A stretch of 63,558 nt of DNA, filler included, from Conidiobolus incongruus B7586 (taxonomy: Eukaryota): NCBI GenBank assembly GCA_000697335.1. It is 5 parts of 5 records of this genome, joined end to end, with 100 filler letters (N's around TTAATTAATTAA, not from the genome) between each part and the next. Parts side by side here need not be neighbours in the genome. Positions count along the whole stretch, not along the records: positions 1 to 31,538 come from JNEM01006288.1; 4 more parts are not named here. One strand, 5' to 3'. How positions within the stretch are numbered: the first letter of the stretch is position 1; every line of letters begins with the position of its first letter. Position numbers and translations under genes: made by a program. Positions 1 through 13,099 of this stretch are shown in pieces. Below the pieces are notes generated by a model, which was given only the letters and a program-made list of their open reading frames with translations, ran no database searches and had not been told where the DNA came from.

Positions 1-302
1 TATTATTAAATTAAAATTAATTAAAAAAATTATTATAACTAGAATATTTATTAGATTTTAATTATTTTAAATATATAAAAAATTAACTTATATAAAAGAA
101 AATTTTTATAAATATAATTAAATAATTTATAGATAATAAAATCTCAGTTTATAATAAAAAAATTAATTTTTTTAAATATTAAAAGTTTATCAAAAATATA
201 GGAAGAATTTATAAATTATAAAGAAAAATATTAATTTTATATTAAATTTTTATTTATTTTTTATCTTAAAAAAGTATTATTATTTTAAAACCTAAAATAA
301 TA
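1..302 (+). mobile_element. Degenerate mariner 3' fragment (copy A)
   Basis: 175-234 (aatattaaaagtttatcaaaaatataggaagaa...aaatattaa) aligns codon for codon to the GIRSLPKVWKKVINNKGGY* end of the best copy (60916-60975), mostly via G->A/C->T. It is followed by a TIR-like end (aaaaaagtattattattttaaaacctaaaataa-TA). Confidence 0.65.
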
Positions 303-889
303 ATCTGATATTTAAATTTTATTTTTAATTCTAGTATAAAAATATCTTTTAAAAATAATGATTTTTAAATAAATAAAATATATTCTGAAATTAATAATAT
401 TAAATAAAAATAAGAATAAAGCTTAGAAAATATGTTTATACCCATTTAAACAAGAAATATACCAAATTGGTACTAAAATACCAATATATTCTATTATATT
501 ATTGAAAAATAAATTATTAATATTATAAAGTCATTATATTCTAGGATAATTATAATTGAAATATTTATTTTGAATATTATTCATCCAAATTTTAATTTTC
601 ATCTAATAGTTAAATTTTAATAAAATAACTATAAACCTTAAATAGTACTTATTTAACAATATATAAAAGTCAGATTAATTACAACATTAATACATTGAAC
701 ATAACAACATTCTTAATTATTGTTGATTTGTTGAATATCAAAATATTATATATCAAATTTTAAGAATTTCAATTCCTTAATTAAGAACACTAAAAGTTTA
801 AAATATTTGGAACAAAATTTTTAAAATCTGTAACTACTTTATTAATGTACTGATTTATCAACTAATCAATATATATTTTAGTAACTTTG

Positions 890-892
<3 letters not shown>

Positions 893-918
<26 letters not shown>
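893..918. repeat. (TA)n microsatellite
   Basis: About 12 consecutive TA units. Confidence 0.9.
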
Positions 919-920
<2 letters not shown>

Positions 921-1693
921 TACTTAGTTTTTCGAAGTTAATGCCAAGACAATTGAAAAGATATTTTGTAAATTTGATTAATCATCGTGTTAATAATCAA
1001 AATTATAAACAAAGTAATTATTTCTTTGTTCAAGTAAATAAAATAGGCAAAAATGAATAATCAGCTAACAAACAGTTATTTCAATAATTTGAATTTTTCA
1101 AATTTCATACTAATTAGTTGAAATATATTTAAAATTGAATTGAAATAATTTCCAATATATATTATTTGAATGGGTATAATCAGTCAAATATTGTAAACAA
1201 GATTGCAGCTAATTTATGGATAAATTGATGACCTGAAACTAGGGATATGAAATGCTAGTAAATATTGATATTCACTTTGAAACTAATTAAATAGACCTCA
1301 ATTCGTTCATTCTGTACATTCAAATTTAATTCGATCATCAAAAATTATTAATTTAAATCTATGTTGCTTAATTAGCACAATTTTTCTTGGTTTGAGCCAT
1401 GTATTTGCCAAGATGGAGTTGTGCAGCTATTAACACAATTTCTAGTGGTTCACTTTACTGTGATAATTGATTTCATTAAATTTCCATTTCGAATATCAAT
1501 ATGTGAGTTGTGATTTCATTGATTTGATAATTTAACATTTAAACTGTGCGCATTTCAATCAAAATCAACACTATCATGTTTCCATTTGGTATTTGTTTTG
1601 ATGATTATGGGATGACCCATCAAACAAAAAATAAAGTGCATATAATGACTCTTTAAGCGTTATGCTTTCTTATTTTTAAGTTTCTTTTACAAA

Positions 1694-3109
1694 ATGTCAG
1701 AAAATGAAAATAAACCAAATACATCAACATCTGATAATAATGAACACTCTTCACCAAAGCAATCTCCAGCCCAACCATTAAATAACTCAACTTATACTCA
1801 AGTTCCACAAAACGCACCTTATAGTCATCCTGCTCCAAGTTCCGACCCAACTTTAGATCATTCTGTTAATGAATCTTTAAATTATGATAATAGAGGATAT
1901 GAATTTGCTTCACCATACGCTGACCAGATTTATGGATATCCTTATCCGCCTCATATGTTATATCCTCACCACGCTCAAATAGATCCTAGATATCCTTTCC
2001 CTGCTCCTTTACCACCTCAACCTCAAATGTATTATCCATATGCCCATCATCCAGAACAATATACTCCCGAAAGTTATTATCCTCCAGGACATGCTATTTA
2101 TCCGCCTCAAACCCATCCTACTACTCAACGACCTCATAGCGCACAAAATCATGCGCCAAAGCCTTTACCCATACCTCAAGAACAAAATATAGAAACCTCT
2201 GAGAGGCCAAGTTCATCAAACAATAATCCAACTATACCTTTTTATCCTTCAGAATCTCAAACACCAGCTCCCATTCAGTCCTCACCACCACCCAAGGTTC
2301 CTGCTCCTGCACCTGATCCTGGCGAAAATTTACCTAGACCCCCTACACCGCCACCGGAAACTGCCTCCACTGCCCCCTCCGCTTCTTCTCCCCCTCAATC
2401 ACCAACTCATTTATCAGGAGCTTTACCTTTTGTTGCAAATCCACCACTTCCTCCTCACGTGACATTAGCTCACCCAGTACATAACAATCCACCTCCCCTC
2501 ATAGCCAGTCCCCAGCCCAGTCACAACAACCCTCAGCGCGTTAATACCGCTCAAATCCATCCATCTCCTCCTGCCTCACCAACACGCAAGGAGCGAAGTC
2601 CATTCTTCAAATATTTACTCGAAAAAAATTTCAAAGCATCCGTCGGCAGTATGCCGAACCGAGTTCGATTATATTTGCGAGTTATACAATTAATCGCATC
2701 CGTCGGTGCCATTATTCTGACATCATTTACAATTAAAACAATCGAGCCTCGACAAGTTCCATTCGGTGAAACTTCCCCACTCTATTTCATCTTTGTAATC
2801 TGTGCACTTAGTATTGCCATTGATCTCTTTCTAATCGTGCAATATTACTACCGCCGCATTCACTACCATCCCAAGGTCACGCGCATCTACTACTTCACTA
2901 TCGATTTCATCATCCTACTATTTTGGTTCTCTGATCTACTTACCCTAATGTTACGATTAACATGCCCTATCCGAGGCTTCAACGGCTGGTGTGAAATTTA
3001 TAATTCCAATCTATTCTTTTCCTTCACATCGGCAACTTGTGCTTTAGTCAATTTTGTTTGGGATTTTGTTGGTACTTGGAGACAGAAATCTGTGCAAATC
3101 CCAGGTTAA
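1694..3109 (+). CDS. Membrane protein with long Pro/His/Tyr-rich N-terminus and C-terminal 4-TM MARVEL-like domain
   Basis: Intronless 471-aa ORF. About 300 aa are low-complexity Pro-rich, then four hydrophobic helices start with LRVIQLIAS, typical of MARVEL helix 1. Confidence 0.75.
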   Translation: MSENENKPNTSTSDNNEHSSPKQSPAQPLNNSTYTQVPQNAPYSHPAPSSDPTLDHSVNESLNYDNRGYEFASPYADQIYGYPYPPHMLYPHHAQIDPRYPFPAPLPPQPQMYYPYAHHPEQYTPESYYPPGHAIYPPQTHPTTQRPHSAQNHAPKPLPIPQEQNIETSERPSSSNNNPTIPFYPSESQTPAPIQSSPPPKVPAPAPDPGENLPRPPTPPPETASTAPSASSPPQSPTHLSGALPFVANPPLPPHVTLAHPVHNNPPPLIASPQPSHNNPQRVNTAQIHPSPPASPTRKERSPFFKYLLEKNFKASVGSMPNRVRLYLRVIQLIASVGAIILTSFTIKTIEPRQVPFGETSPLYFIFVICALSIAIDLFLIVQYYYRRIHYHPKVTRIYYFTIDFIILLFWFSDLLTLMLRLTCPIRGFNGWCEIYNSNLFFSFTSATCALVNFVWDFVGTWRQKSVQIPG

Positions 3110-3508
3110 TCATATTTAATAATTTTTGGTTACTAATTATTTATTAATATCAATATCTTTTTAATTATTAACGTTTTTAATAAATGTAAATATTATTATT
3201 CATTGACAATATCATATTAACTTTTAAGATTTGTTTTATTCAAATCCAAACCTTCAGTTGATATGATGCAATGTTCGAATGATATTAAAAATTTGAAACT
3301 AGTTATATTTTTGCAATAAAAATTGATTTTTAAAGATAACTAGATTAATTAATTCAGGATTTTTAAAGTAAATGTAATTGAAATGAATGTTGAGAATGAA
3401 ATTGACAAAGAAAATTAAAATTGAAAAACAAAATTAAAAATAGATATTAATTGAAAAATTTAAGTCAACTTGCTTTAGAATTGATTAGATAATTTTAATT
3501 TTCAATAA

Positions 3509-3582
3509 GATCTCGTGGTGTAGTTGGTTATCACGTCTGTCTAACACACAGACGGTCCTCAGTTCGAATCTGAGCGAGATCA
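3509..3582 (+). tRNA. tRNA-Val(AAC)
   Basis: Acceptor GATCTCG/CGAGATC, anticodon arm TCTGT-CT AAC AC-ACAGA, T-loop GTTCGAATC. Confidence 0.97.
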
Positions 3583-4061
3583 TTGATGAATTAAAATATT
3601 ACATTTTCATCTACAAATTTTATTTTTATCCAATCATTAAATACCACAATCATTCAAATCCTTCATTATTTTCCAAAGATTCGCATAAACAAAATTCACA
3701 AGTGCATTCCTCAATTCATTCATTTCAAGAGGATCATCAAAAAAGATGGAAAATATCATAACAAGTTTCGTATCCTATTAATTACTAATTTGATAATGAC
3801 GATCTGAATATAAATTGAATTAATCAAATTTACATTCATTATCTTTTTATTTTAAAATAGTAATAATTATAATAAAATAAAATTTAATTTTTAATAAATA
3901 ATATAATTATTTTAAAATATTATAAAAATATATTATTATTAAAGTAAGTTATAAAATATAATTTAAAAAAATAATCAAAATATATTATTCATATTAAATT
4001 ATATATTCTTTCTTTAAAACTTATTTGAAAACTAATTAATTTCAAATTTAGATTTTAAAAA

Positions 4062-6257
4062 ATGACTAAAAATAATTCAAGTGTTGACAGTAATCAGCAA
4101 TTTAAACTAAAACAGAGACACAGTAGTGTGAGTAGTACGGACAGTAATCTCGATAGAGTTGATGCCTTAGAGAGTGAGAGTTTGGTCAAATCAATCAAGA
4201 ACGAAAAATCTAAACAGTGGGGATTGGGTAAAGATAATGGAAACTTTGTATTGTTGGTTATTTTGTGTAAGTCTTGTTAGTAATTATATTATAAAGTATA
4301 CTAATAAAGATTCTAGATTTACTTCAAGGTATTCCAACTGGCCTTACATTTGGAAGTATTCCATTTTTACTCAAGTCCAAATTGAGTTACTCAGAGTTGG
4401 CTATTTTTTCATTGACTGGATATCCTTACAGTCTCAAGTTATTTTGGTCACCTATTGTCGATAGTGTGTATTTGCCAACTGTAGGAAGAAGAAAATCTTG
4501 GATCATTCCAATCTTCTTTATTTTGGGATTTTTGTTGTATTATTTGGGTATTCATTTGGAGGATTTTATGACTGGTGTAATGCTTATAACTCACTATAAT
4601 GAATCATTATTGATTAGCTTTAATTTAGGATAATGTGAATATTGGTCCTTTAACAACTGTTTTTTGTGCAATTATATTTTTAGCAGCAACCCAAGGTAAT
4701 ATCAATTAATTTATACCTCTATATAGTTTTTATTAAATTTCAATTCGATAGATATTGCTGTTGATGGATGGGCTTTGACTTTATTATCAGAAGAGAATTT
4801 AGCATACGCTTCAACTTCTCAGACGGTTGGCTTAAATGCCGGTTTCTTCGTTTCCTTTACTATCTTTTTGGCTTTGAATTCTGCTGAATTTGCGTAATTT
4901 CAATATGCTTCACCACTTTTATTATACTAATTAATATGACTGTAGTAACAAGTATGTAAGATATGTACCATCTCCTGAACCTTTGGTTTCGTTAAGTGGT
5001 TATCTGTCATTCTGGGCTATTATTTACTTTATTGTCGCCATTTATTTAATTCTTTTTAAGGATGAAGTAATATTAGATAATATTAAATATATTTACCGGT
5101 ATTTAAATTCTTTTAGAATGAAGATAGATCTCATAATGAAATCATGGGAGTTAAAGAAACTTACACAACTATTTTTAATATCTGCAAATCATCACGTAAG
5201 TGTCACTAGCATGAGTTATAAATTGCCAATAATACTTATTATATGGCTATAGATATGATGACGTTTATTGTAATTCTATTAACCCACAAAATTGGATTTG
5301 TTGCACACGATAATGTCACTAATCTAAAATTAATCGAGAAGGGATTCCCCAAAGAGGATTTAGCATTTACTTCATTTTTAGATTTTCCACTACAATTAAT
5401 TTTTGGTTTTTATATCGCTAAAGTCACTACATCCGAAAGACCTCTAAAGCCTGTAAATTTTATTTTATTTTATTTTGAATTTTGAATTTTGTAATTTAAC
5501 AATTGATTTTTTTAGTGGCTATATGCGTTGTATGCAAAATTGGCATCATGTTTACTTTCCCTTTTAGTAGTTTATAATTTTCCTTCAACTGGTATTAACA
5601 ATACTTATCTTGCTATTCTAATCGCTTCCAATGTTTTACATACTTTATCAAGGTAAACTTTAAATTATATGATCATTTCATTGATATTAATGATATTATT
5701 AGTACTATTCAGTTCGTAGGTATGGGAGCTTTTTTTAATATTATTGCAGATCCTACAATTGGTGGAACTTATATGACTGTAATTATTGTTAAAACGATAT
5801 TTTTCAAGATCATATTAATTAATTCTTTTAGGTTTTAAATACCATCAATAATTTGGGAGGTACTTGGCCCCAGTTTTTCATTTTGGAAGCTGTCGACTAT
5901 TTGACTAAGGCTAAATGCTCCGTTCAAGAAGCTGATGGTACAGGTATTCATTATAAATTCAAAACTTATCCTTATTCTAACTGTATTTTAGTTTTGCAAT
6001 GTGTCAAAGAAGCAGCCAAAGCAAAATGCAAAGAATTGGGAGGTGTTTGTAACGTGACTCAAGATGGATACTACTGGGTAGTCATCATTACCATTTGTAT
6101 CGGTTTTATCTCCACCTTCTTTATTAGAACTAAGGTTAAGCAATTAGAAAGTATGAACAATTTTTACATTTATATATGTTTTTTATTAATTATAATTTTC
6201 GATATAGAAATTCCAATTTCAATGTGGCGTATTCAATCAAATATTAAAAATGAATAA
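4062..6257 (+). CDS. Acetyl-CoA transporter 1 (AT-1/SLC33A1 family, MFS), multi-exon
   Basis: Exon peptides LQGIPTGLTFGSIPF, YPYSLKLFWSPIVD, GRRKSWI, ATQDIAVDGWALTLL and ADPTIGGTYMT..LNTINNLGGTWP. Separated by short GT-AG introns. Confidence 0.93.
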
Positions 6258-6322
6258 AATAAATATTTGTTACATTGTTAATTTAAATTTAATCGTGTTT
6301 AAAAATAAAAAATGATCAAAAA

Positions 6323-6395
6323 TGGAGAATCGGGGTATCGATCCCCGTGCCTCTCGCATGCTAAGCGAGCGCTCTACCATTTGAGCTAATTCCCC
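6323..6395 (-). tRNA. tRNA-Ala(AGC)
   Basis: Reverse complement GGGGAATTAGCTCAAATGGTAGAGCGCTCGC-TT AGC AT-GCGAG...GGATCGATACCCCGATTCTCCA, with the G3:U70 Ala identity pair. Confidence 0.97.
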
Positions 6396-9006
6396 TTATT
6401 ATCAAACTTTATATTATTTTTGTGAATTAATTGTATTCTACTATTATATTCAATTTTTATTCTTAGTATTTTACTTTCACATTCCATTAATATATTTATA
6501 TCTAACTTTAAAAATTAATAATATCATAAATTTTCTATTTTATCTAACTTTTTCACTATTATTTTAATATTTTATTTATATATTTTACGTAATTATATTA
6601 TTTTTCCTTTTTTTCAAATTCATTTCTATTTCTTTCAGAATATTTATATTTTAATCATCACTAATTACAATTAATAGTAGAGAACTTTTCATATAAATTG
6701 TGTAAAATAATATTGTATAAAATATATTTAACTGTATCATATTACCTTTAATTTTTGATATAATCATTATTTTGTAAAAATAACAAAAAAATTCTATAAT
6801 ATAAATTAATTATTTATTATTCAGTTTAATTATTTTTATTAGTATTATATATAAATGATTTTATATTAAATTATTTTAAATATTATTTATACTTTATTAT
6901 TTTTATAAATTTCTAAAATTGTAATACTTTTAATTTCAATTTTTATATGATAATTTTTTATAATCAATTGGAAATTATTTCTTTAGTATAATCATTTAAA
7001 TTTCTACACTAAATGGTTAATTTATATAAAATATTTGAAATAAATTATGGATTAATAATACTTGCTAATTCATTGATTTGTTATTGGTTATTAGTGACAA
7101 CTGTAATTATGGGAGAAAATAGACTTTTAGAGCTTAAATGGGGAATCATCAGTGGTAAACAATAGATTACCACAAACAAAGGAAATTAAGGGGGTTCACC
7201 AAATTAGGTGAAAGTAGCTTACTGCAAATAAATATCTCACACTTGTCACAACTCAATACTTTTGTGAGTGTTATGAGAAAAACTTAAAGACTGTATACTT
7301 TTGGAAATGAAGATAGAAAGATGTGTTTATTAGTTTGCTTATGATAATCTTATATTAGTTTTCATTGTGGATTTTTGTGGACATGAATGACTTATGGGTG
7401 GAAAGTGATGAGTTCAAACAGTTTATGAAATGAGGTACCTCCAATGTGACTTCTTGAATCAGTGTGGTAATCAGAGTTTCTTGGGTGATTGACAGGATTA
7501 TTTCCTGTCATTAGTTGCTCTTAACTACTATTCTATTTTGGTTTTATACAAAATCAATAAATTAATTATTTTTTACAGTTATTATATATATATTGTAAAA
7601 AAGTACCAAAATTATTTTAATTATAATTTTTTTAATAAGAAATTGTTTAAATTCCTGTTTCAAACTAAAAAATTCTAAAATTTAAAATTTTCAAATGAAA
7701 TTTAAATATGTATTGGGTAATATATGAGGTTTACAATTATAGAAACCATATTAAATATTACTAATTTTAAAAGAGATAATTTTATAACTTATTTATAATT
7801 ACTAATTTAAAAATATGAACTATTACCAATATAAACCATTTCGGTAGAATAAATTATCAAATATGATATTTATATGACCAAACAATATTAGATGCATCAA
7901 TGATCAGTATAAAAATAAACTTTGAATATTTGGTTTTGAATTTAAAGGTTTTTATTTATATTTATTTTGAAAATATTTATTTCTCAAAAATTGGAGGTTC
8001 TGACAGTGCAACCATTTCTGTAAGTTATTTCAAGTGTGATGATAAATATTAAGCAATCATTCTAGCACAAGTCTCCCATTATTTTGTTTTTTATCAAATT
8101 TAATAGCTTTGTAAAAAATTTAATTTTCTTTATATCTCAATTTTTTGGAAAAATAATATGCACATGTGATAATATTAAGAATTCAGCAATTCATATACAT
8201 CTTATAAAATTATTTATTTATTTTCGATTTATTATTTACACTAATGGATTCCAATATTATTGGCATTTGATAATTTATCAAGCAATAATATAGGCGGCGG
8301 AAATTATATTATGCACTGGTATTACAAGCACCAAAGGTAACTCTTCGAGTTAATATCCATGATTATTCAAGTTTCAACCGGAATAAATTCCATAATTTAA
8401 TTTAAGTTAATTATATTGAAATTAAAATAATGTCGAAAGTAACTCACATAATAATGCTAATTAATCATTATGGACTTTATAACGAGGATCATTATAAAAA
8501 TATTATGGAATTGATGGTTTATTTTAATATTTATAGGAAGTTAATATACTTTCAAGTTGAATATAATCTGATTTAAAGCGCTCGGAGGATAGGTGAATAT
8601 GAACTAGTTTAGCTTTTTATACGATTATTATCTGAAGTTATCCATGATTAGGCGATATAGCCAAAAAACCTACCGAAGCATTGTAAAAAGTTGATAATTA
8701 ACTTTAATATGATAGAGTTGAATAATGATCCTTGTCAAATTTGATCAATTTTTATTAATTATTTAATGGAATTATTAATTAAGCATTAACAACTAATCAA
8801 AAAGATTCAAATATTCTTAATTGAGAAATGCGTGTTCATTGATGGATGATAAGTGGTGAAGCAATGTAAGTGATTTAATCAAATTAACATAAACGAGTGG
8901 TATATTAATTGATTAAATCAAAAAGTCAATCTGAGTTGGTAATACAAATGCATATATATATACCCGATCAATACCTTCATTGATTTCTTTAACTCTGAAA
9001 GTTTCT

Positions 9007-9933
9007 ATGCGAAATTTTAGTATGAATCCTTGGTTTATACTAGATTGTTTTGAATGTTTAAAATTTTTTAGTGCTATACTAATTAATGGTCTTCTATTAT
9101 TTATTACCTACAATCGTTTTCATCTTAAAGGTGTAGATGTTTTTGTGTCTTTTGTCGTATGTATAATTGATATTCTATTCTGTGCTTTCGTTTTAATACA
9201 CATTATTCTCTATTGGTCAACTGGAACTAATATCAATTCAAATCCTATGTATTGTCGAATCAATTTCGTTGTGTATTATTCTTTTGCAACAGCTGGATTT
9301 CATGGGATGGTTACTCTAGGGATACTGAGGTATTTGGCCATTTGCAAAAATATAATTATGACCGAGATTAAGGCTATCATAATAATGACAATTAGTACAT
9401 CTGTCCAAACTACATTGTTAATCTACTTAATCACGACAAATGATCCCCTAGCCATTTCTGAGAAATTATTATGTTCAGTTAATATCATCGCACCATCACC
9501 ATCTTTTTATATATCACTTTGGATGATTATTATTAATTTCTTTTATTTAATGATTATCATATTTTGCTATTTAAAAATATCTATTTATTATTTTAAAAAA
9601 TTGAGCTTAATGGAGTCAAATTACTTATCAGCTCAATCATCGATCAATATCAAGAAAAAACTGTGTCGAGAAAAGTTAATCACAGTATTAAAAACAAATG
9701 CAATTATGGTCATATTTATTGTTCAAGTATTACCTAAAAGTATATTTGATCTGGTGAACTTCTTTACTGTTGACGCACTGGATCATATTTCTGAAGCTAT
9801 CACTTTATTTATTATCAATTTTTTCCCTTTGACCTATCCTATTATGATCTTATTCTTTCATGATGAAACTCTACAGGAAATGAAATTACTTCAAGTTTTA
9901 TGGATTGCTAGAATTAAAAAATTATTTCATTAA
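9007..9933 (+). CDS. Family A (rhodopsin-like) GPCR-like 7TM protein
   Basis: Intronless ORF with seven hydrophobic segments, Cys at the top of TM3 (YCRIN), a DRY-like LRYLAIC, IIFCY in TM5 and an NPxxY-like YPIMILFF. Start is ATG 9007 or 9022. Confidence 0.75.
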   Translation: MRNFSMNPWFILDCFECLKFFSAILINGLLLFITYNRFHLKGVDVFVSFVVCIIDILFCAFVLIHIILYWSTGTNINSNPMYCRINFVVYYSFATAGFHGMVTLGILRYLAICKNIIMTEIKAIIIMTISTSVQTTLLIYLITTNDPLAISEKLLCSVNIIAPSPSFYISLWMIIINFFYLMIIIFCYLKISIYYFKKLSLMESNYLSAQSSINIKKKLCREKLITVLKTNAIMVIFIVQVLPKSIFDLVNFFTVDALDHISEAITLFIINFFPLTYPIMILFFHDETLQEMKLLQVLWIARIKKLFH

Positions 9934-10735
9934 ATATATATTTATTACACTAAAAGAAAATTATTTCAGGAATGGAAAGTCATATTGTTTAATTTATGAA
10001 TATGGAGCTTGATTCGCCTATTTATTTAAATTTATTAAAATTTAAATAATAGTATCTATCATTGATGCTATATTTTTATTTTGTTTCTCATGTTATTTTC
10101 ACATTTAACAATTTGAATTTTAAATAATAATTTTATCATTATGATCCTTATATAATCATGATTAAAAGTAATTGAGGGTAAAAACCGAATAAATAACAAT
10201 GGAATAAGAACTGTTTGATAAAATAGAAACTTTTAAATTATGAATTCACTTTATCATTATGGATATTATATATATAACTTGAAATGCAACCAGATATTAA
10301 ATTAACTCATCAGATACAGGTAGAAGCTCTCAATAAGAATAATAAAGCAATCGTTATCATCTAATGAAATTATAGAGATTTGGCTCGATTTACGCTGCTA
10401 ATACTGTTTTATTTAATTTTATTAAAATTAAGTTTTATTCTAACATATAGAAATTCAAATTTATTGTAAATAAAAGTCATTGATAATATATTATTGATAT
10501 AACATTAGAATAATATATATTCTATCAATATTGAAATTATCTTAGATCACTTTGCTTGTTTAAACCAATATACTTATTGACAGGTTTTACCTGTAACAAT
10601 TAAATGAGTTAAATTTTCAATAATTAAAGTTCGTTGTAAAACTATAATAATAGATTAATAAACATTCTAATAATCAATGTAAACTATTTGATGGAAAACT
10701 TTAATTTTTAAATTAAATTTTTGTGAAGGGTTAAA

Positions 10736-11687
10736 TTATTTTTCAGAAGCTCTTTGTAAAATGCTACGAACACCGGGTTTGTCGCGGGTAGTGTACATAG
10801 CTTCAACTTCTTCAATTTTTCTTTCGGTTTCGTTCTTAACTTGGGTCACGGTTTGATCGATTTTCTTGCTCTCATCTTTAGCTTGGGTTAAGGTTTGATC
10901 AACCTTCTTGTCGCTTTCAATCAATAATTTTTCAGCTTTAGCTTCGGCTTCTTGGGCGATGGTGGATACCTTTTCTACAGCTTTGGTGGGTGCAGTAGAA
11001 AGATTGTTGAGAGCATCCAAATTGATTTTGTGCTTGTTGTCCAAATAAAATTGGTATGTCTTATTATGGATATTGTTGGTAGTACCGGGTAAGAAATAGA
11101 GTGCGGCAGCATCGGTGAAAATAATGGGAGATAAGAATCTGAAGAGAATATTTCCTAAAAAGATTTAATTTAAATATCTGTTTCAAATATAAAAAATATA
11201 TATCAAATACTGTTTCTAGCAAAGATAAAACCAGATAAACCAATAACACCAACATATAAAGCACCAGGTAATAATTTTTCTTCTTTAGGGACAATTTCCT
11301 TAACAGTTTCTAAAAAGTATAATTAGTATGTTTTGAAAAATTAAATGGAATTAATTTTGGTGATTACTTTCAACTTTCTTTTCAGCACTTATCCAATAAT
11401 TAACATACTCTTTGAGTTTATTCTAGAAAATTGAACTAGATTAATACACGAAATAAGAAAAAGTAAATATAATAATTTACATTAGCTTGCTCCAAATTTT
11501 TATTGATTTCCAATCTTGTTTCACGGAACCAATTTTCTACTCTAGTAGGTTCAGTTTCAAGATAAACTACTTGAGCTACTTCGTTATCATAAATACTAGG
11601 CTGATAAAAATCATTAAAATCCATATTTTATATTTTATTTAAATTATCAATTACTTTAGTATTAGGTTTACTAGATTGATCACTCAT
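10736..11687 (-). CDS. MICOS subunit Mic26/Mic27 (ApoO family), multi-exon
   Basis: Exons give MSDQSSKPNTK / PSIYDNE...EPTRVENWFRETR / LPGALYVGVIGLSGFIFARN / RFLSPIIFTDAAALYFLP. The C-terminal MYTTR motif is typical of fungal Mic26/27. Confidence 0.82.
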
Positions 11688-12038
11688 ATTGATTAAATTT
11701 GATTTATTTTTGATTGTGATGAAATAATTATTTAATTAAATATTAAAAACTATTAATGAACATTATTAGAAAAATAAAAATTATGGGAACAACTTGTATT
11801 AATTTTTGATTAATAAAATGATTAGACCAAAAGATAAAAGAATAAGGAATTAAATGAATTTACAACTATAGTAACTGTGATATTGTATATTAAGAATAAT
11901 ATATGAAAAATCAAAAAATTGAAATTAAAGTTATCATATTAATATATGAAGGGTATAAGGCTATTTTATGAACTGAATAAAGTAGAAATTGAAATAGTTA
12001 TTTTGAAATGAAGATTACAATTGAATACCAATACGCAA

Positions 12039-12111
12039 GGTTCCATGGCCAAATGGATAAGGCGCTTGACTACGGATCAAGAGATTCCAGGTTCGATCCC
12101 TGGTGGAATCG
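12039..12111 (+). tRNA. tRNA-Arg(ACG)
   Basis: Acceptor GGTTCCA/TGGAATC, anticodon arm CTTGA-CT ACG GA-TCAAG, T-loop GTTCGATCC. Confidence 0.97.
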
Positions 12112-13099
12112 ATTGTTCAAATCTTTTATATATACAAAGTACCTATTACTCTACAATATATTATTTTTCATACTTCTTTTTTTCTCCAAGAAGTCCAAAA
12201 AATTTTTGATAACAATATTTTTCATTAAACAGATTCTATATATTTGAAAACTCATGAACATCAAATTGGTTGCTTGGATTATTTTAATACTAAAAATTTA
12301 TTTCAATCAGATTTACTTTGAACTCGAAATATACTAAACATTTTTATGCCCTTTGTAATATAATATCAATCTTAATTATTTTTCAAATTCATTTAATATT
12401 TTCTAAATTTTCTCTATAAATTGAGTATTGTAAAGATTAGAAATTATTTGAATAGGAATTTGATTTTAATTAATATTGATTTTATCTTCTCAAAAAAAAT
12501 TTTCCATTTAATGATTGTTGAAAAATTTTAATTAAAAAAATTAATATTATAACTAATCCTCAATATGAACTAACAGGTGAATTTAAAAAATTTTTTTATA
12601 TAATAATGAATTAATTTGTTTATATAATCTTCATTGATTATAATGATATTAGTTGAAAATAAAATTTTTATTTACTCAAATGAACTTCAATGGATTTATT
12701 TGAAATTGTAAAATAATTAATTTTTATAATGAAAGAAATTATCTATTACTGTGTTATTCGAATGAGAATTGGTAAATTTTTTAATATAATTGATTGATTA
12801 AATTTCATTCAACTAGGTTCAATATCCGAATCATGATAATGTATATAACCAAATTGATTTCAAATAAATAAATGCAAAGATTACTAGCATTTAAATATAA
12901 TATTTCAAATAATTTTTTAATCATATTTGACTAGAATATAAATGAATTACCGGTTGATTGTCCCATAAATTATATTTAATAAATAAATTTCATCAAATTC
13001 AAGTCACCTCAATTAATATTATCATCTTAAAAAAATTCCTAATTAAATCACTATTATAATTATTAATGCTATCATAAATTCAAACAATAAGAATTAAAT

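Noticed and set aside
12008..12247. ORFs 12008-12247 and 12021-12209
   Set aside because: They are read-throughs of the tRNA-Arg gene.
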